Positions 1 to 9,465 of a stretch of 64,000 bases of DNA are shown piece by piece (within the stretch, counting starts at the first letter, position 1; every line of letters begins with the position of its first letter). The notes beneath the pieces were generated by a model, which had not been told where the DNA came from, ran no database searches, and saw only the letters and a list, made by a program, of their open reading frames with translations. A program made the translations under genes and the position numbers. Source of the DNA: Gemmatimonadota bacterium (GTDB lineage: Bacteria; Gemmatimonadota; Gemmatimonadetes; Gemmatimonadales; Gemmatimonadaceae); NCBI GenBank assembly GCA_040389905.1, contig JAZJZK010000005.1, positions 192,001 through 256,000 on the forward strand. Reading direction: 5' to 3'.

Positions 1-1
1 C

Positions 2-676
2 GCGCAGTGGCTCGCCGAGCGGGCGAAGGAGCTCACGGGAAGGTGGCCGACGCATGTGGTGCTCACGCACTATCACAGCGATCATGCCAATGGCGTTGCG
101 GGCTACACGACCGCGAGCGAACATCCGGCCATTCACTCCACGGCGCGGACGAAAGAGCTGGTTCTCACGAAGAACCTGCCCGCTGATCCGGCGCGAACGA
201 CGTCGGTGACTGGTGCGGAGATCCTGAGTGACGGAGCGCCGAGCACGATCGACCTTGGCGGACGGACGGTTCGAATCATCCCGCGCGGTGGTCACACGGA
301 CAGTGATGTCTCGCTCGAGCTGGACGACCCAAGTCTCGTCTTTGCCGGTGATCTCTTCTGGAATGGAATGTTTCCGAACTTCGTCGATGCGGTGCCGACC
401 AAGCTGGCGGCGTCGGTTCGCGCGATGAAGCGGGCGAAGGAGACGATCTACGTGCCTGGACATGGGGCAGTGGGTCGAGCTGCGGAATACGATCGTTACA
501 TCGCGATGCTCGGCGAGGTCGAGGCGGGTGCACGCAAGGCATACACGGCTGGTATATCCGCTGCCGACGGTGGGGCGGCATTCACACTATCGCCATCGCT
601 CGGTGAGTGGACGCTGTTCAGCAAGGCCTTCTACCCGCGCGCGTTCGAGGCGTGGTACAAAGAGCTCAAGGGGTAG
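2..676 (+). CDS. MBL-fold metallo-hydrolase, 5'-truncated by the window edge
   Basis: THYHSDH metal motif, GHTDSD, AGDL and VPGHG; frame is open from the window start. Confidence 0.85.
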   Translation, partial: AQWLAERAKELTGRWPTHVVLTHYHSDHANGVAGYTTASEHPAIHSTARTKELVLTKNLPADPARTTSVTGAEILSDGAPSTIDLGGRTVRIIPRGGHTDSDVSLELDDPSLVFAGDLFWNGMFPNFVDAVPTKLAASVRAMKRAKETIYVPGHGAVGRAAEYDRYIAMLGEVEAGARKAYTAGISAADGGAAFTLSPSLGEWTLFSKAFYPRAFEAWYKELKG

Positions 677-1231
677 TCAGGGTGTGTAGCGCGTCCAGAT
701 GAAGATCGCGGCGCATCCATCGCCACGTGCTTCCATCGGGAGTTGTGAGGCGCCGCGGTAGACCTCCATCGCCTCGACGTCGCGCGGTTTCATGTTAGAC
801 AATGTCTCGAACGGTTCGCTGGCCCTCTGGCCATCGACGTAGAGCGTGACTTGCCTGCTATTCGCAACTCTGGCGAGATTCAGCGCCTCACACTGCACGA
901 AGCTGATCGTCGGAATACCTAGCCGGTCGCGCTGCACTCGCACACCGGGCAGCTTCTTCAGCAGATCCTCGATCGTTTGCGGGTCCTCGCGCTCGATGTC
1001 CTCGCGCTCGAAGAAGCGGCCGGAGGGCGACGTTTTCTTTCTCTCGTAAAAGAGGTCGAACTTCGTGGTATTGACGTAGCGCGCCGGCTTGATGCCAGGC
1101 GACGCCTCGACGGTTACGCCTGGCAAGACAGCCGGACGTGGCGCACGCGAAGTGTCCGTAGCCTGTGCAAAGGCCGCATTGGGGACAACCGCGAGCACGC
1201 ACAGCCATGCGACGATCGATGATGATCGCAC
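677..1231 (-). CDS. Small secreted protein with a TonB-receptor plug-like domain and no barrel
   Basis: Signal peptide (WLCVLAVVPNAAFA-Q), LLKKLPGV, LYVDG, VEAMEVYRG and C-terminal GCAAIFIWTR. GTG start at 1231 chosen. Confidence 0.7.
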   Translation of the reverse strand: MRSSSIVAWLCVLAVVPNAAFAQATDTSRAPRPAVLPGVTVEASPGIKPARYVNTTKFDLFYERKKTSPSGRFFEREDIEREDPQTIEDLLKKLPGVRVQRDRLGIPTISFVQCEALNLARVANSRQVTLYVDGQRASEPFETLSNMKPRDVEAMEVYRGASQLPMEARGDGCAAIFIWTRYTP

Positions 1232-1303
1232 TGTATAGCCATGGTCAGCGCCTCGGTGCATGCATGATGCTATCCATAAGCGTCGCAAAGGGTAAGTGCC
1301 ATG

Positions 1304-1342
1304 GTGCAGGCCCTTCACTTCGTTCAGGGCGACAAAACGAGC
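1304..1342 (+). repeat. Palindromic REP-like repeat, family A
   Basis: GTGCAGGCCCTTCACTTCGTTCAGGGCGACAAAACGAGC; near-identical copies at 58461-58499 (reverse), 58518-58555 and 61095-61133. Confidence 0.8.
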
Positions 1343-1434
1343 GAAAGATCGGACAATGCCTTGGATCCGGCAGTTTCATGAGCATTCGTCAAATCCGCTC
1401 CTGAATATTCCTAAAATCTGGTCATTCGTTGCTT

Positions 1435-3861
1435 CTAGAACTTGGATTCGAGGTACAGATCCACTCGAAATTGCTTTCGTGGGTAGATCCCACGCGCGAC
1501 ATCGAATCGGAACAATCCATCCATGAACGAAACGCCAACGCCCGCGCCGCTCATCGGCCGGCCCACGTTGCCCCAGTCCGCGCGGTCACCAACCCAGCCG
1601 ATGTCTGTAAAGACCGTTGGTCGCAAGCCAACATAGTTCGAACCCAACTCGGTGCGCGTCAACCAGAAGGCGTTACCGCTCTGCGTGACGTCGGGGCTCT
1701 GGCCGCGCACAGTCTGTGAGCCACCGAGGTACCAGTTCCGCTGCGCCGGCAGTCCGCCGACCGAAGTTCCGCCCGACAACGTCAACGAGCCTGCGAGCCA
1801 CTCCCCCAGGCCGTGCGACGCGGTGAAGTCCATTGCCGCGCGGCCGTAGACCGAGTCCCCACGCGCTACCTCAGCCCTTGCGTCAGTGATGAGGCGCATA
1901 CCACGGGGGTCGAGGCCGGACTCGCGATACGCGCGGCCTTCAAGGCCGACATAGGTTGCGCGCGTCGCGACCAGGTTCGCTGGGAAGTCAGAGCCATTCA
2001 TCGAGAAGCTCGCGTGGGGCGTTGCGGAACGTTGGCGCTCCGCGAACGTGCGCCACTCCAGCCGAGTGCCACCACCAAACGAGGACTGCCGGCCGCCGCC
2101 GAACGACAGACCCGACGCGCGGTAGTAAAAGCCTTCGTCGCGCCCGAACATCAACGCGGAGAATGAGCTGCCGAAACTGAGTGGATGCCCCCAATCGCTC
2201 GCCGAGACGAGCCGGTTATACAACGACAGCGTGACAGCATCGGTCATATTCGTGCGAGTCACGGACAACTCGATGTTAGGCTCCCGATCCGCCAGTCCGA
2301 TACGTCCGATTGCCAATCCACTGTAGCCGCCACCCGCCTGCTGTTCGATTGACGCGCCGAGGGAAAGGCCCTCGACCCTGTTATATCGTGTCATGGACAG
2401 GCCGTACTGCACGGTTGGCGGAGGCATGAGTGCGAGACGGAGCTGGAGCGGGCCCTGTGCCGACAGCGACAGTGCTTCCTGCTTGAGCAGTTCAAGCTCC
2501 TTGTCGCCAAACAATTCCTCGCCATCGTCATAGATAGACGCTGGTAGGTCCGGAGAGTGCTCGAGTGCCGCGAGATTGCAGGGTGTGCGCACCGCGATCT
2601 TCAAATCTCCGCCGTAGCGGTTTGTCAGCCCGACACGCGTATCCGATGTATCGCACTGTGACGAACGACGAGGCACTGTCTTCAGTCCAAGCCGAATCGA
2701 GTCAACCGATGCTCGGGTGCGCGCACGCGTCGCGAGTCGAACGGAGTCGCGCCACTGCTGTTGCTGTTCGACGCTCAACGAATCAGGCATCCGAACGCGA
2801 ACAACGGGCGCCAGAACTCCAACTGCTTCGGGAATGGCCGGCAGAGGGTCCTTACCGTTCACGCTCGCGTACTTGAAGCTCTCCTCCATCTTGAACGGCA
2901 CGTGCATGAAGCTCACCTGTGCCGTACCCTCGGCCAGCCGGAGCCGGGGGAGCCAGAAGCGACCCTCGTGCAGTCCGTACTCCACGGCGATCGTGGAGAC
3001 GTCCGCCTTCATCGGCGTGATCATCGGCTTGACCCACGTGGGCACGTCCTTCATCGCGGTCGTATCCTCGATCTGCGCAACGGCCCAGATGTCCATCGTT
3101 ACCGAGAGGCGATATGCAGCCCGCACCAACTGTCCGGACTTCGTATCGAACCACAGGGAGCCGACCGCGAGATTCCACTTGCTCACGCGTGGACGAACCT
3201 TGAGCTCACGCAGCAGGATCGTGGCGCCGTTTGGGAGAGTGAAGCGGACCGAGTCGCCCGTCTCATACGTGTAGTACGCCTCGGCGCCATCCGCGATCGG
3301 ATTGACCAACTCCTTGTCGTTCACCTGCGACCGTGCCATTCCGCTGCCAACCCAGAGCGGTTCGTAGCCTGGGAAGTAGGGGATCGACGCGTTCATGTCC
3401 GGATCATTCGTTTCCTGCCGGATCTCCTCGCGTGCTTCGTCCGGTGCGGCGGGAATTGTCGTCCGCTTTCCCTTGATGTCCATCCAGACGCCGACGCCTT
3501 GCTGCCATCGAACGCGTGCCGCACTCTCGTGACGGAACAACAGCCGATCGCGGCCCATCTTCAGGAACGACATGCCGGCGGAGACGCGCGAGTACGACAT
3601 GGCGTCGTACGAAGTAAGGGCGGAGTCCATCGACATGCGTGCGACGCGCGCCTGAAGCAACGTCGTCCTTGCCAGCGGGTCCTTGAACGCCGACCGCTGA
3701 TCTTCCGCGGTCACGGGCTGCCGCGCGCCTCGTCGGGAACTCCGTCCCGCGCGCCCCGAATCTATTCCCATGCTGTCGCGTACGACTGGGGTGCGGGGCG
3801 ACGACGGACCGATCTGGATTTGCGCGTGCAGGGCGAGCGCGGCACCAAGGACGAGAAGCAT
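1435..3861 (-). CDS. Outer-membrane protein with a C-terminal beta-barrel (Omp85/DUF5686-like)
   Basis: Signal peptide, RYNRVEGL, Omp85-like LGGSQTVRG loop, amphipathic strands and terminal Phe (LYLESKF). Confidence 0.65.
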   Translation of the reverse strand: MLLVLGAALALHAQIQIGPSSPRTPVVRDSMGIDSGRAGRSSRRGARQPVTAEDQRSAFKDPLARTTLLQARVARMSMDSALTSYDAMSYSRVSAGMSFLKMGRDRLLFRHESAARVRWQQGVGVWMDIKGKRTTIPAAPDEAREEIRQETNDPDMNASIPYFPGYEPLWVGSGMARSQVNDKELVNPIADGAEAYYTYETGDSVRFTLPNGATILLRELKVRPRVSKWNLAVGSLWFDTKSGQLVRAAYRLSVTMDIWAVAQIEDTTAMKDVPTWVKPMITPMKADVSTIAVEYGLHEGRFWLPRLRLAEGTAQVSFMHVPFKMEESFKYASVNGKDPLPAIPEAVGVLAPVVRVRMPDSLSVEQQQQWRDSVRLATRARTRASVDSIRLGLKTVPRRSSQCDTSDTRVGLTNRYGGDLKIAVRTPCNLAALEHSPDLPASIYDDGEELFGDKELELLKQEALSLSAQGPLQLRLALMPPPTVQYGLSMTRYNRVEGLSLGASIEQQAGGGYSGLAIGRIGLADREPNIELSVTRTNMTDAVTLSLYNRLVSASDWGHPLSFGSSFSALMFGRDEGFYYRASGLSFGGGRQSSFGGGTRLEWRTFAERQRSATPHASFSMNGSDFPANLVATRATYVGLEGRAYRESGLDPRGMRLITDARAEVARGDSVYGRAAMDFTASHGLGEWLAGSLTLSGGTSVGGLPAQRNWYLGGSQTVRGQSPDVTQSGNAFWLTRTELGSNYVGLRPTVFTDIGWVGDRADWGNVGRPMSGAGVGVSFMDGLFRFDVARGIYPRKQFRVDLYLESKF

Positions 3862-3977
3862 GGTGTGGACTCAAGGTGGGAATGGAGGCAACACTTTCCG
3901 TACGCACTCCGCACGGGAAGGTTTCCGTGCTATCGTACAGGTCCCTCCGCGCCGCGACGCTCACGTTTTGGAGTCGC

Positions 3978-5219
3978 ATGCTGTTCGTTGACGTCCTCGT
4001 TTCGGCCATCTCGGAAATTCTCGCCAACAAGCTGCGGAGCTTCTTCACGCTCCTCGGCATCATCGTCTCCGTCGCGTTTCTCGTAGCGGTGGTCGCGGTG
4101 ATCCAGGGGATGAATTCCTACGTCACGAACAATCTCGCAAACTCACTGATCGGCACGAACGCATTTCAGGTTCGACGCGTGCCGATTCAGCTCGGCTTCT
4201 TCGACGATGAGGCGTTCAAGAAGATTGCGAAGCGGCCGGTGATCGAACGTGCCGACTTCGAGGCCGTGCGCGCTGCACTCCCCGACGCCGACGCCATGGC
4301 GATCACGTCGGGATTCCCCAATCCACTCTCTGATATTCAGTGGGGCAACCGCGAAGTTGGTGACGTCACGATTCGCGGCGTCACCCCGCCGTACCAGACG
4401 GTGCAGGACTATCGCATCGTTCGCGGCCGGCCGCTGATCGACGTGGATGAGGATCAACGTCGGGCCGTTGCGGTGATCGGCTCGGAGGTGGCGGAGAAGC
4501 TCTTCGAGGCGGCGGACCCGATTGGCCAGACGGTCCGGCTGGCGAAGGAGCGCTTCGAAGTGGTCGGCGTGCTCGCATCCAAAGGGCGAATGCTCGGCCA
4601 GTCGTTCGATGCGATCGCGCTGATTCCATTGTCGCGCTACGAGATGGTGTACGGTCACCGCGCGTCGACCTCCATTTCGATCAAGATGAAGGAGGCAGCG
4701 GATGTCGCGCCCGCGATGGCCCGCGCCGAGGAGGCAATGCGTCTCAAGCGACACCTGCGTCCTGGTCAGGAGAACAACTTCTCGATCGAGACGGCGGCAG
4801 CGCTCGTCGCATTCTGGCAGAATCTCACGGCGATACTGTTCAGCGTGATCCCCGCCGTGGTCGGGATTGGAGTCGTCGTCGGTGGCATCGTCATCATGAA
4901 CATCATGCTGATGGCCGTCAGCGAACGGACGCGGGAGATCGGCATTCGGAAAGCGGTCGGGGCGCGAGCACGCGACATCGAGCGGCAATTTCTCGCCGAG
5001 GCGATCGCCCTGTCGGCGATGGGCGGTATCATCGGGGTCATCAGCGGGTGGGCGTTTGCGGAGCTGGTCGCCACGGTGTCCCCGCTCCCGGCGCGAATCA
5101 CCTGGTGGTCGGTCGTGCTCGCCGTGGTGCTTGGTGCCGGCGTTGGAGTCTTGTTTGGCGTCTATCCCTCGCGCCGCGCCGCGCGGCTCGACCCGATCGA
5201 GGCGTTGCGCGCAGAATGA
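3978..5219 (+). CDS. MacB/FtsX-type ABC permease
   Basis: NKLRSFFTLLGIIV; GGIVIMNIMLMAVSERTREIGIRKAVGA; AARLDPIEALRAE. Confidence 0.92.
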   Translation: MLFVDVLVSAISEILANKLRSFFTLLGIIVSVAFLVAVVAVIQGMNSYVTNNLANSLIGTNAFQVRRVPIQLGFFDDEAFKKIAKRPVIERADFEAVRAALPDADAMAITSGFPNPLSDIQWGNREVGDVTIRGVTPPYQTVQDYRIVRGRPLIDVDEDQRRAVAVIGSEVAEKLFEAADPIGQTVRLAKERFEVVGVLASKGRMLGQSFDAIALIPLSRYEMVYGHRASTSISIKMKEAADVAPAMARAEEAMRLKRHLRPGQENNFSIETAAALVAFWQNLTAILFSVIPAVVGIGVVVGGIVIMNIMLMAVSERTREIGIRKAVGARARDIERQFLAEAIALSAMGGIIGVISGWAFAELVATVSPLPARITWWSVVLAVVLGAGVGVLFGVYPSRRAARLDPIEALRAE

Positions 5220-6469
5220 CGTACCCGCTCTCCGTCGACCAACTCCGGGAGAACCTCGGCATTGCCGTGGACGCGTTGCGCGTCAGCAAGCTGCGTTCGG
5301 GACTCACGATACTCGGCGTCGTGATCGGCGTTGCCACCGTGATGACGATGGCGACGATCGTCAAGGGCATACGCGACCAGATCCTCACGACGATCAACGT
5401 GGCGGGGCCGACGACCTTCTATGTGATGAAGATTTTTTCCACGACGCCGATCAACCCGGATCAGTTGCCGAAGTACGTGCGCGTCAGGCCGGATCTCGTG
5501 CCCGCGGAGGCTGCACGCATCGGCCAGCTTCCGCAGATCGCGTATGCAAGTATCTGGTCACAGTTCCAGGCGCGCGTGAACTACAACGGCTCACGCACAC
5601 GCGACGTCATCGTCTATGGGGCGGACGATCGCTACCAGGAGATCATGGGCGGTGAGCTGGTCGAGGGGCGCTGGTTCACGAAGAACGAGCTTCGAAGTGG
5701 TGCGCCGGTCGTGGTGCTTCAGGAGCGTCATGCGCGACAGATATTCGGCCGCGAGTACCCGTTGGGGAAGGCGGTGATGATCGGTGGGCGGCCGGTGGAA
5801 GTCGTGGGGCTCTATCAGGAACCGGAGAACATCTTCGCGCCGCCGGGACAAGGAGTCGGTGCGATCATGCCATTCGAATACGTGATTCATGCGTACAACA
5901 TCGACAAGACGAACGCGATGTTCATCGTCGTCAAGCCGAGAGGAGGCGTGACGGTTGCGGATGCCGAGGATGCCGCGACGATTGCGCTGAGAGAAATGCG
6001 AGGGCTCCGGCCGAGCGACAAGAACAACTTCGACCTGCTCAGCCAGGATCAGATTCTCAATGTCTTCACGTCGATCACGGACATCTTCTTTCTCGTGATG
6101 CTGGTGCTCGCATCTGTCGCGCTGATGGTTGGAGGCATCGGCGTGATGGCGATCATGATGGTGTCCGTGACGGCCAGAACGCGGGAGATCGGCATTCGGA
6201 AGGCGTTGGGCGCGACACAACGCGACATCATGATTCAGTTTCTGATCGAGGCCGCGACACTGACGGGAATCGGTGGGCTCATCGGCATTCTCGTGGGCCT
6301 CACCGCGGGCCGCGGGGTAACGATGCTGATCAACGTGCAGGCGGATGCGCCACTGCTTCAGACGGCAATTGCGGTCGCGGTTTCCGTCGGCATCGGCCTG
6401 GTTTTCGGTGTTGTGCCGGCGAGACGTGCGGCGAAGCTCGATCCCATCGAGGCATTGCGGTACGAGTAG
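5216..6469 (+). CDS. MacB/FtsX-type ABC permease
   Basis: KLRSGLTILGVVIGV; SVTARTREIGIRKALGA; AAKLDPIEALRYE; ATGA overlap with the previous gene. Confidence 0.92.
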   Translation: MTYPLSVDQLRENLGIAVDALRVSKLRSGLTILGVVIGVATVMTMATIVKGIRDQILTTINVAGPTTFYVMKIFSTTPINPDQLPKYVRVRPDLVPAEAARIGQLPQIAYASIWSQFQARVNYNGSRTRDVIVYGADDRYQEIMGGELVEGRWFTKNELRSGAPVVVLQERHARQIFGREYPLGKAVMIGGRPVEVVGLYQEPENIFAPPGQGVGAIMPFEYVIHAYNIDKTNAMFIVVKPRGGVTVADAEDAATIALREMRGLRPSDKNNFDLLSQDQILNVFTSITDIFFLVMLVLASVALMVGGIGVMAIMMVSVTARTREIGIRKALGATQRDIMIQFLIEAATLTGIGGLIGILVGLTAGRGVTMLINVQADAPLLQTAIAVAVSVGIGLVFGVVPARRAAKLDPIEALRYE

Positions 6470-6552
6470 AAACTGCGATTGTGTATTCGCCGGGTCGGCG
6501 GCATCTTTTCCCGACACCGACCTCAGTCGCCCGTCCCAGAAACGAGCAAATC

Positions 6553-6993
6553 ATGCCCACACGCTATCGCGTGAGCAGTCCCAACATTGTCGCCGACGTC
6601 ATCGATGGCGAAGCGGTGATCATCCACCTTGAAAAGGGAACTTACTACAGCCTCCTGGCGCCCGGAGCAGAAGTGTGGGAAGCCGTCACGCGTGGAGCAA
6701 CGGACGTTGAAACCCAGCGTGAGATGAAGGCTCGTTACGCTGGTGAATCGAGCGACATCGAACATGCGGTATCCGAACTAATCGCCGAGATGGAGCGCGA
6801 AGGTCTGCTACTCGGTGAGTCGGTGACTGGCGAGGGCGCCGTCGTGGTACACACGGACGCGGTGAGCGTCGACCGGCCGCCATTTCAGCGTCCGGAACTC
6901 AAGCGGTACTCGGATATGGAGGCGATCCTGATGATGGATCCCATACACGAAGTGGATGAAGCGGGGTGGCCTGCTGCCAAGCGCCCCGAGTGA
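6553..6993 (+). CDS. PqqD-family (RiPP recognition element) protein with a C-terminal peptide extension
   Basis: IDGEAVIIHLEKGTYYSL...GAEVWEAV...LIAEMEREGLL RRE pattern, then FQRPELKRYSDMEAILMMDPIHEVDEAGWP. Confidence 0.85.
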   Translation: MPTRYRVSSPNIVADVIDGEAVIIHLEKGTYYSLLAPGAEVWEAVTRGATDVETQREMKARYAGESSDIEHAVSELIAEMEREGLLLGESVTGEGAVVVHTDAVSVDRPPFQRPELKRYSDMEAILMMDPIHEVDEAGWPAAKRPE

Positions 6994-8038
6994 GTCGGGC
7001 GGCGCTACGCTCGCCTATTTCGATGCGGTCGACGATGCGTACCTCAGGGCGGCAGCGGTTCATGGTGGCACGTTCGATCACAACTATTCCGTTGCGGGAC
7101 GCACCGTTACCGTGCGCTTCGCAGGTGCCGCGCTTGTAGGGGAACTGACGCGCGCCATCAGTCATCTCACTGCTGATGCGGCAGCGGATCCAGACTTGAC
7201 CATCTGTGTGTGGGATAGCGAGTCGAGTGGTATCGCGCTGCCGGACACTCCGTGGCCCGTCCAGGCGTTTCAGGACCGTCGAGAAATGTGGGGGGTGAAC
7301 GGCGAGCGCGTGCGCGTCGTCTACGAGTTTGCGGAAGAGCCACGTCTGCACGTGTACGATCGCGAGCGAAAGACAGCGATTCTGTGGGCGCAGAGCGCCA
7401 AGGGCATTTGTTTTTACGAGCGCGCGGCTCCGTTCTTTCGTCCGTTCCATTGGGCGCTGGGAGAGCGGGGATTGCAGCTCGCACACGCGGCGGCGGTGGG
7501 CAGCAGTGCCGGCGGAGTGCTTCTCGGTGGGAAGGGTGGATCGGGGAAGTCCACCACCACACTCGCCTGTCTCGCGGCGGGGCTCGGCGCGGCGGGTGAC
7601 GACTACGTCATGTTGGAAGATGGCACGACGCCAATGGCGCACTCGCTCTACAACAAGGCCAAGCTCTTCGCCAACCACATGCGAGATGCGATGCCGGCAC
7701 TGCTAGCGTCGGTGGTGAATCGCGAGGAGATGGAGGCGGAGAAGGCGGTGGTCCAGATCGACGACGTGTATCCGGGACAATTGGTCGTGTCCATGCCAAT
7801 CCGTGCGGTGCTGGTTCCCCACATCACTGGAGAGCAAAAGTCGGAACTGGTGGAGTCGTCAAGTGCACTTGGCATTACGGCGATCGCACCGAGTACGGTG
7901 TTTCAGCTTCGCTGGGCCGGGCGAGAGGACTTCGAACGAATTGCGAGCGTCGTTCGTCGCGTGCCCAACTATCAGCTTCGCCTGGGTCGCAATCTCGAGC
8001 ACGCCGCCGAAACAATCGCTCGGCTGCTGGTGACGTAG
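6956..8038 (+). CDS. HPr-kinase-like P-loop serine kinase
   Basis: LAHAAAV, Walker A GKGGSGKSTT and GDDYV acidic pair. Start uncertain. Confidence 0.8.
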   Translation: MKRGGLLPSAPSESGGATLAYFDAVDDAYLRAAAVHGGTFDHNYSVAGRTVTVRFAGAALVGELTRAISHLTADAAADPDLTICVWDSESSGIALPDTPWPVQAFQDRREMWGVNGERVRVVYEFAEEPRLHVYDRERKTAILWAQSAKGICFYERAAPFFRPFHWALGERGLQLAHAAAVGSSAGGVLLGGKGGSGKSTTTLACLAAGLGAAGDDYVMLEDGTTPMAHSLYNKAKLFANHMRDAMPALLASVVNREEMEAEKAVVQIDDVYPGQLVVSMPIRAVLVPHITGEQKSELVESSSALGITAIAPSTVFQLRWAGREDFERIASVVRRVPNYQLRLGRNLEHAAETIARLLVT

Positions 8039-8039
8039 C

Positions 8040-8789
8040 GTGCCGCGGCCCGCCGATGTGTCTGTCGTCATTCCCGTGCACAACGGTGTTCGCTTCATCC
8101 GTGAGGCGGTGCGTAGTGCGCAGGGCCAGTCGCGCGCGCCCGCGGAGATCATCGTTGTTGACGACGGTTCGACTGATGGGACGGCGGACGTGGTCAGGGC
8201 ACTTCCCGGTGTGACGTACGTGCGCCAGGAGAATGCGGGGCCGGCCTCGGCGCGCAATCACGGCGTGCGGCTCGCGACCCGTGCGTTCCTCGCGTTTCTC
8301 GATGCGGACGACCTATGGAGCGTCGACAAGACGGCCCTTCAACTCGCCCTGTTCGAGAAAGAGCCAGAAATGGATGTTGTCGTCGGTCACTCGCAACGGG
8401 TGATTCTCATTGCGTGGCGGGAGGGAGAACCGCAATACGAGACGGTTGGTAACCCCATTTTCTATCTTCATCTGGGGAGTTCGCTGTTTCGCCGGGCGTC
8501 GTTCGACCGGGTTGGTGCGTTCGACGAACGGATGCGGATGGGGGAGGACGTGGACTGGTTTCTTCGTGCCAAGGAGACGGGCATGCGGATGCGCTTTCAC
8601 GATGACGTGGTGCAGCCCTATCAGAAGCACGATGCGAACGTGACCCTCGATCGCGAGGAGATGAACCGCTGGCTCGTGCGTTCCTTCAAGCATTCGCTCG
8701 ACCGTCGCCGCGCAGCTTCAACGGATACCCCCGCTTCGCTTGGCGACTGGTCATCGGAAACCCTGCTGCTGAGGAAGCGCCGTGAGTGA
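8040..8789 (+). CDS. Glycosyltransferase family 2
   Basis: VSVVIPVHN, VVDDGSTD, ARNHG, FLDADD, GEDVDW. Confidence 0.93.
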   Translation: MPRPADVSVVIPVHNGVRFIREAVRSAQGQSRAPAEIIVVDDGSTDGTADVVRALPGVTYVRQENAGPASARNHGVRLATRAFLAFLDADDLWSVDKTALQLALFEKEPEMDVVVGHSQRVILIAWREGEPQYETVGNPIFYLHLGSSLFRRASFDRVGAFDERMRMGEDVDWFLRAKETGMRMRFHDDVVQPYQKHDANVTLDREEMNRWLVRSFKHSLDRRRAASTDTPASLGDWSSETLLLRKRRE

Positions 8790-9465
8790 CGGAGCGGTCA
8801 GTGTCATCATTCCCATGTACAACGCCGAGCGCTATGTCGCGGAAGCGGTAGAGAGCGTGCTCACGCAGACCCTTCGACCGAAGGAGGTCATCGTCGTCGA
8901 CGATGGCTCGACCGATCGCGGTCATGAGGTCATCGCTCAATTCCGCGACGTGCGCTATGTCCATCAGGACAATGCCGGAACGGGCCCGGCGCGGAATACC
9001 GGCGTTGCGTTAGCGCAGGGCGAGTTCCTCGCCTTTCTCGATGCCGACGACTTGTGGGAGGCGGACAAGCTGGCGTGGCAGGTTGCGACACTCCGGGCCG
9101 ACACATCGCTCGACATGGTGTTCGGTTTCGTCGAGCAATTCCCGTCGCCCGAACTGGCGGACGAAATCGAGCGAACGATCCTCTTTGCGAAAGAGCCCGC
9201 ACCCGCGTACTTCGCTGGAACCATGTTGATTCGGCGAAGCGCTTTTGATCGCGCCGGTCCCTTTCCCTCGCACCTCACGGTGGGCGAATTCATCGACTGG
9301 TACCTGCGGGCCATCGATGCCGGACTGACCAGCGTCATGCATCCTCGCGTCGTGCTGCGCCGCCGCATTCACAACACCAACATGGGGATCACGCAGCGTG
9401 GTGCGCAGAAGGATTATGTGCGCATCATCAAGGCAACGCTCGACCGTCGCCGCCGCAACGCATGA
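8782..9465 (+). CDS. Glycosyltransferase family 2
   Basis: VSVIIPMYN, VVDDGSTD, ARNTG, FLDADD. Confidence 0.93.
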   Translation: MSDGAVSVIIPMYNAERYVAEAVESVLTQTLRPKEVIVVDDGSTDRGHEVIAQFRDVRYVHQDNAGTGPARNTGVALAQGEFLAFLDADDLWEADKLAWQVATLRADTSLDMVFGFVEQFPSPELADEIERTILFAKEPAPAYFAGTMLIRRSAFDRAGPFPSHLTVGEFIDWYLRAIDAGLTSVMHPRVVLRRRIHNTNMGITQRGAQKDYVRIIKATLDRRRRNA

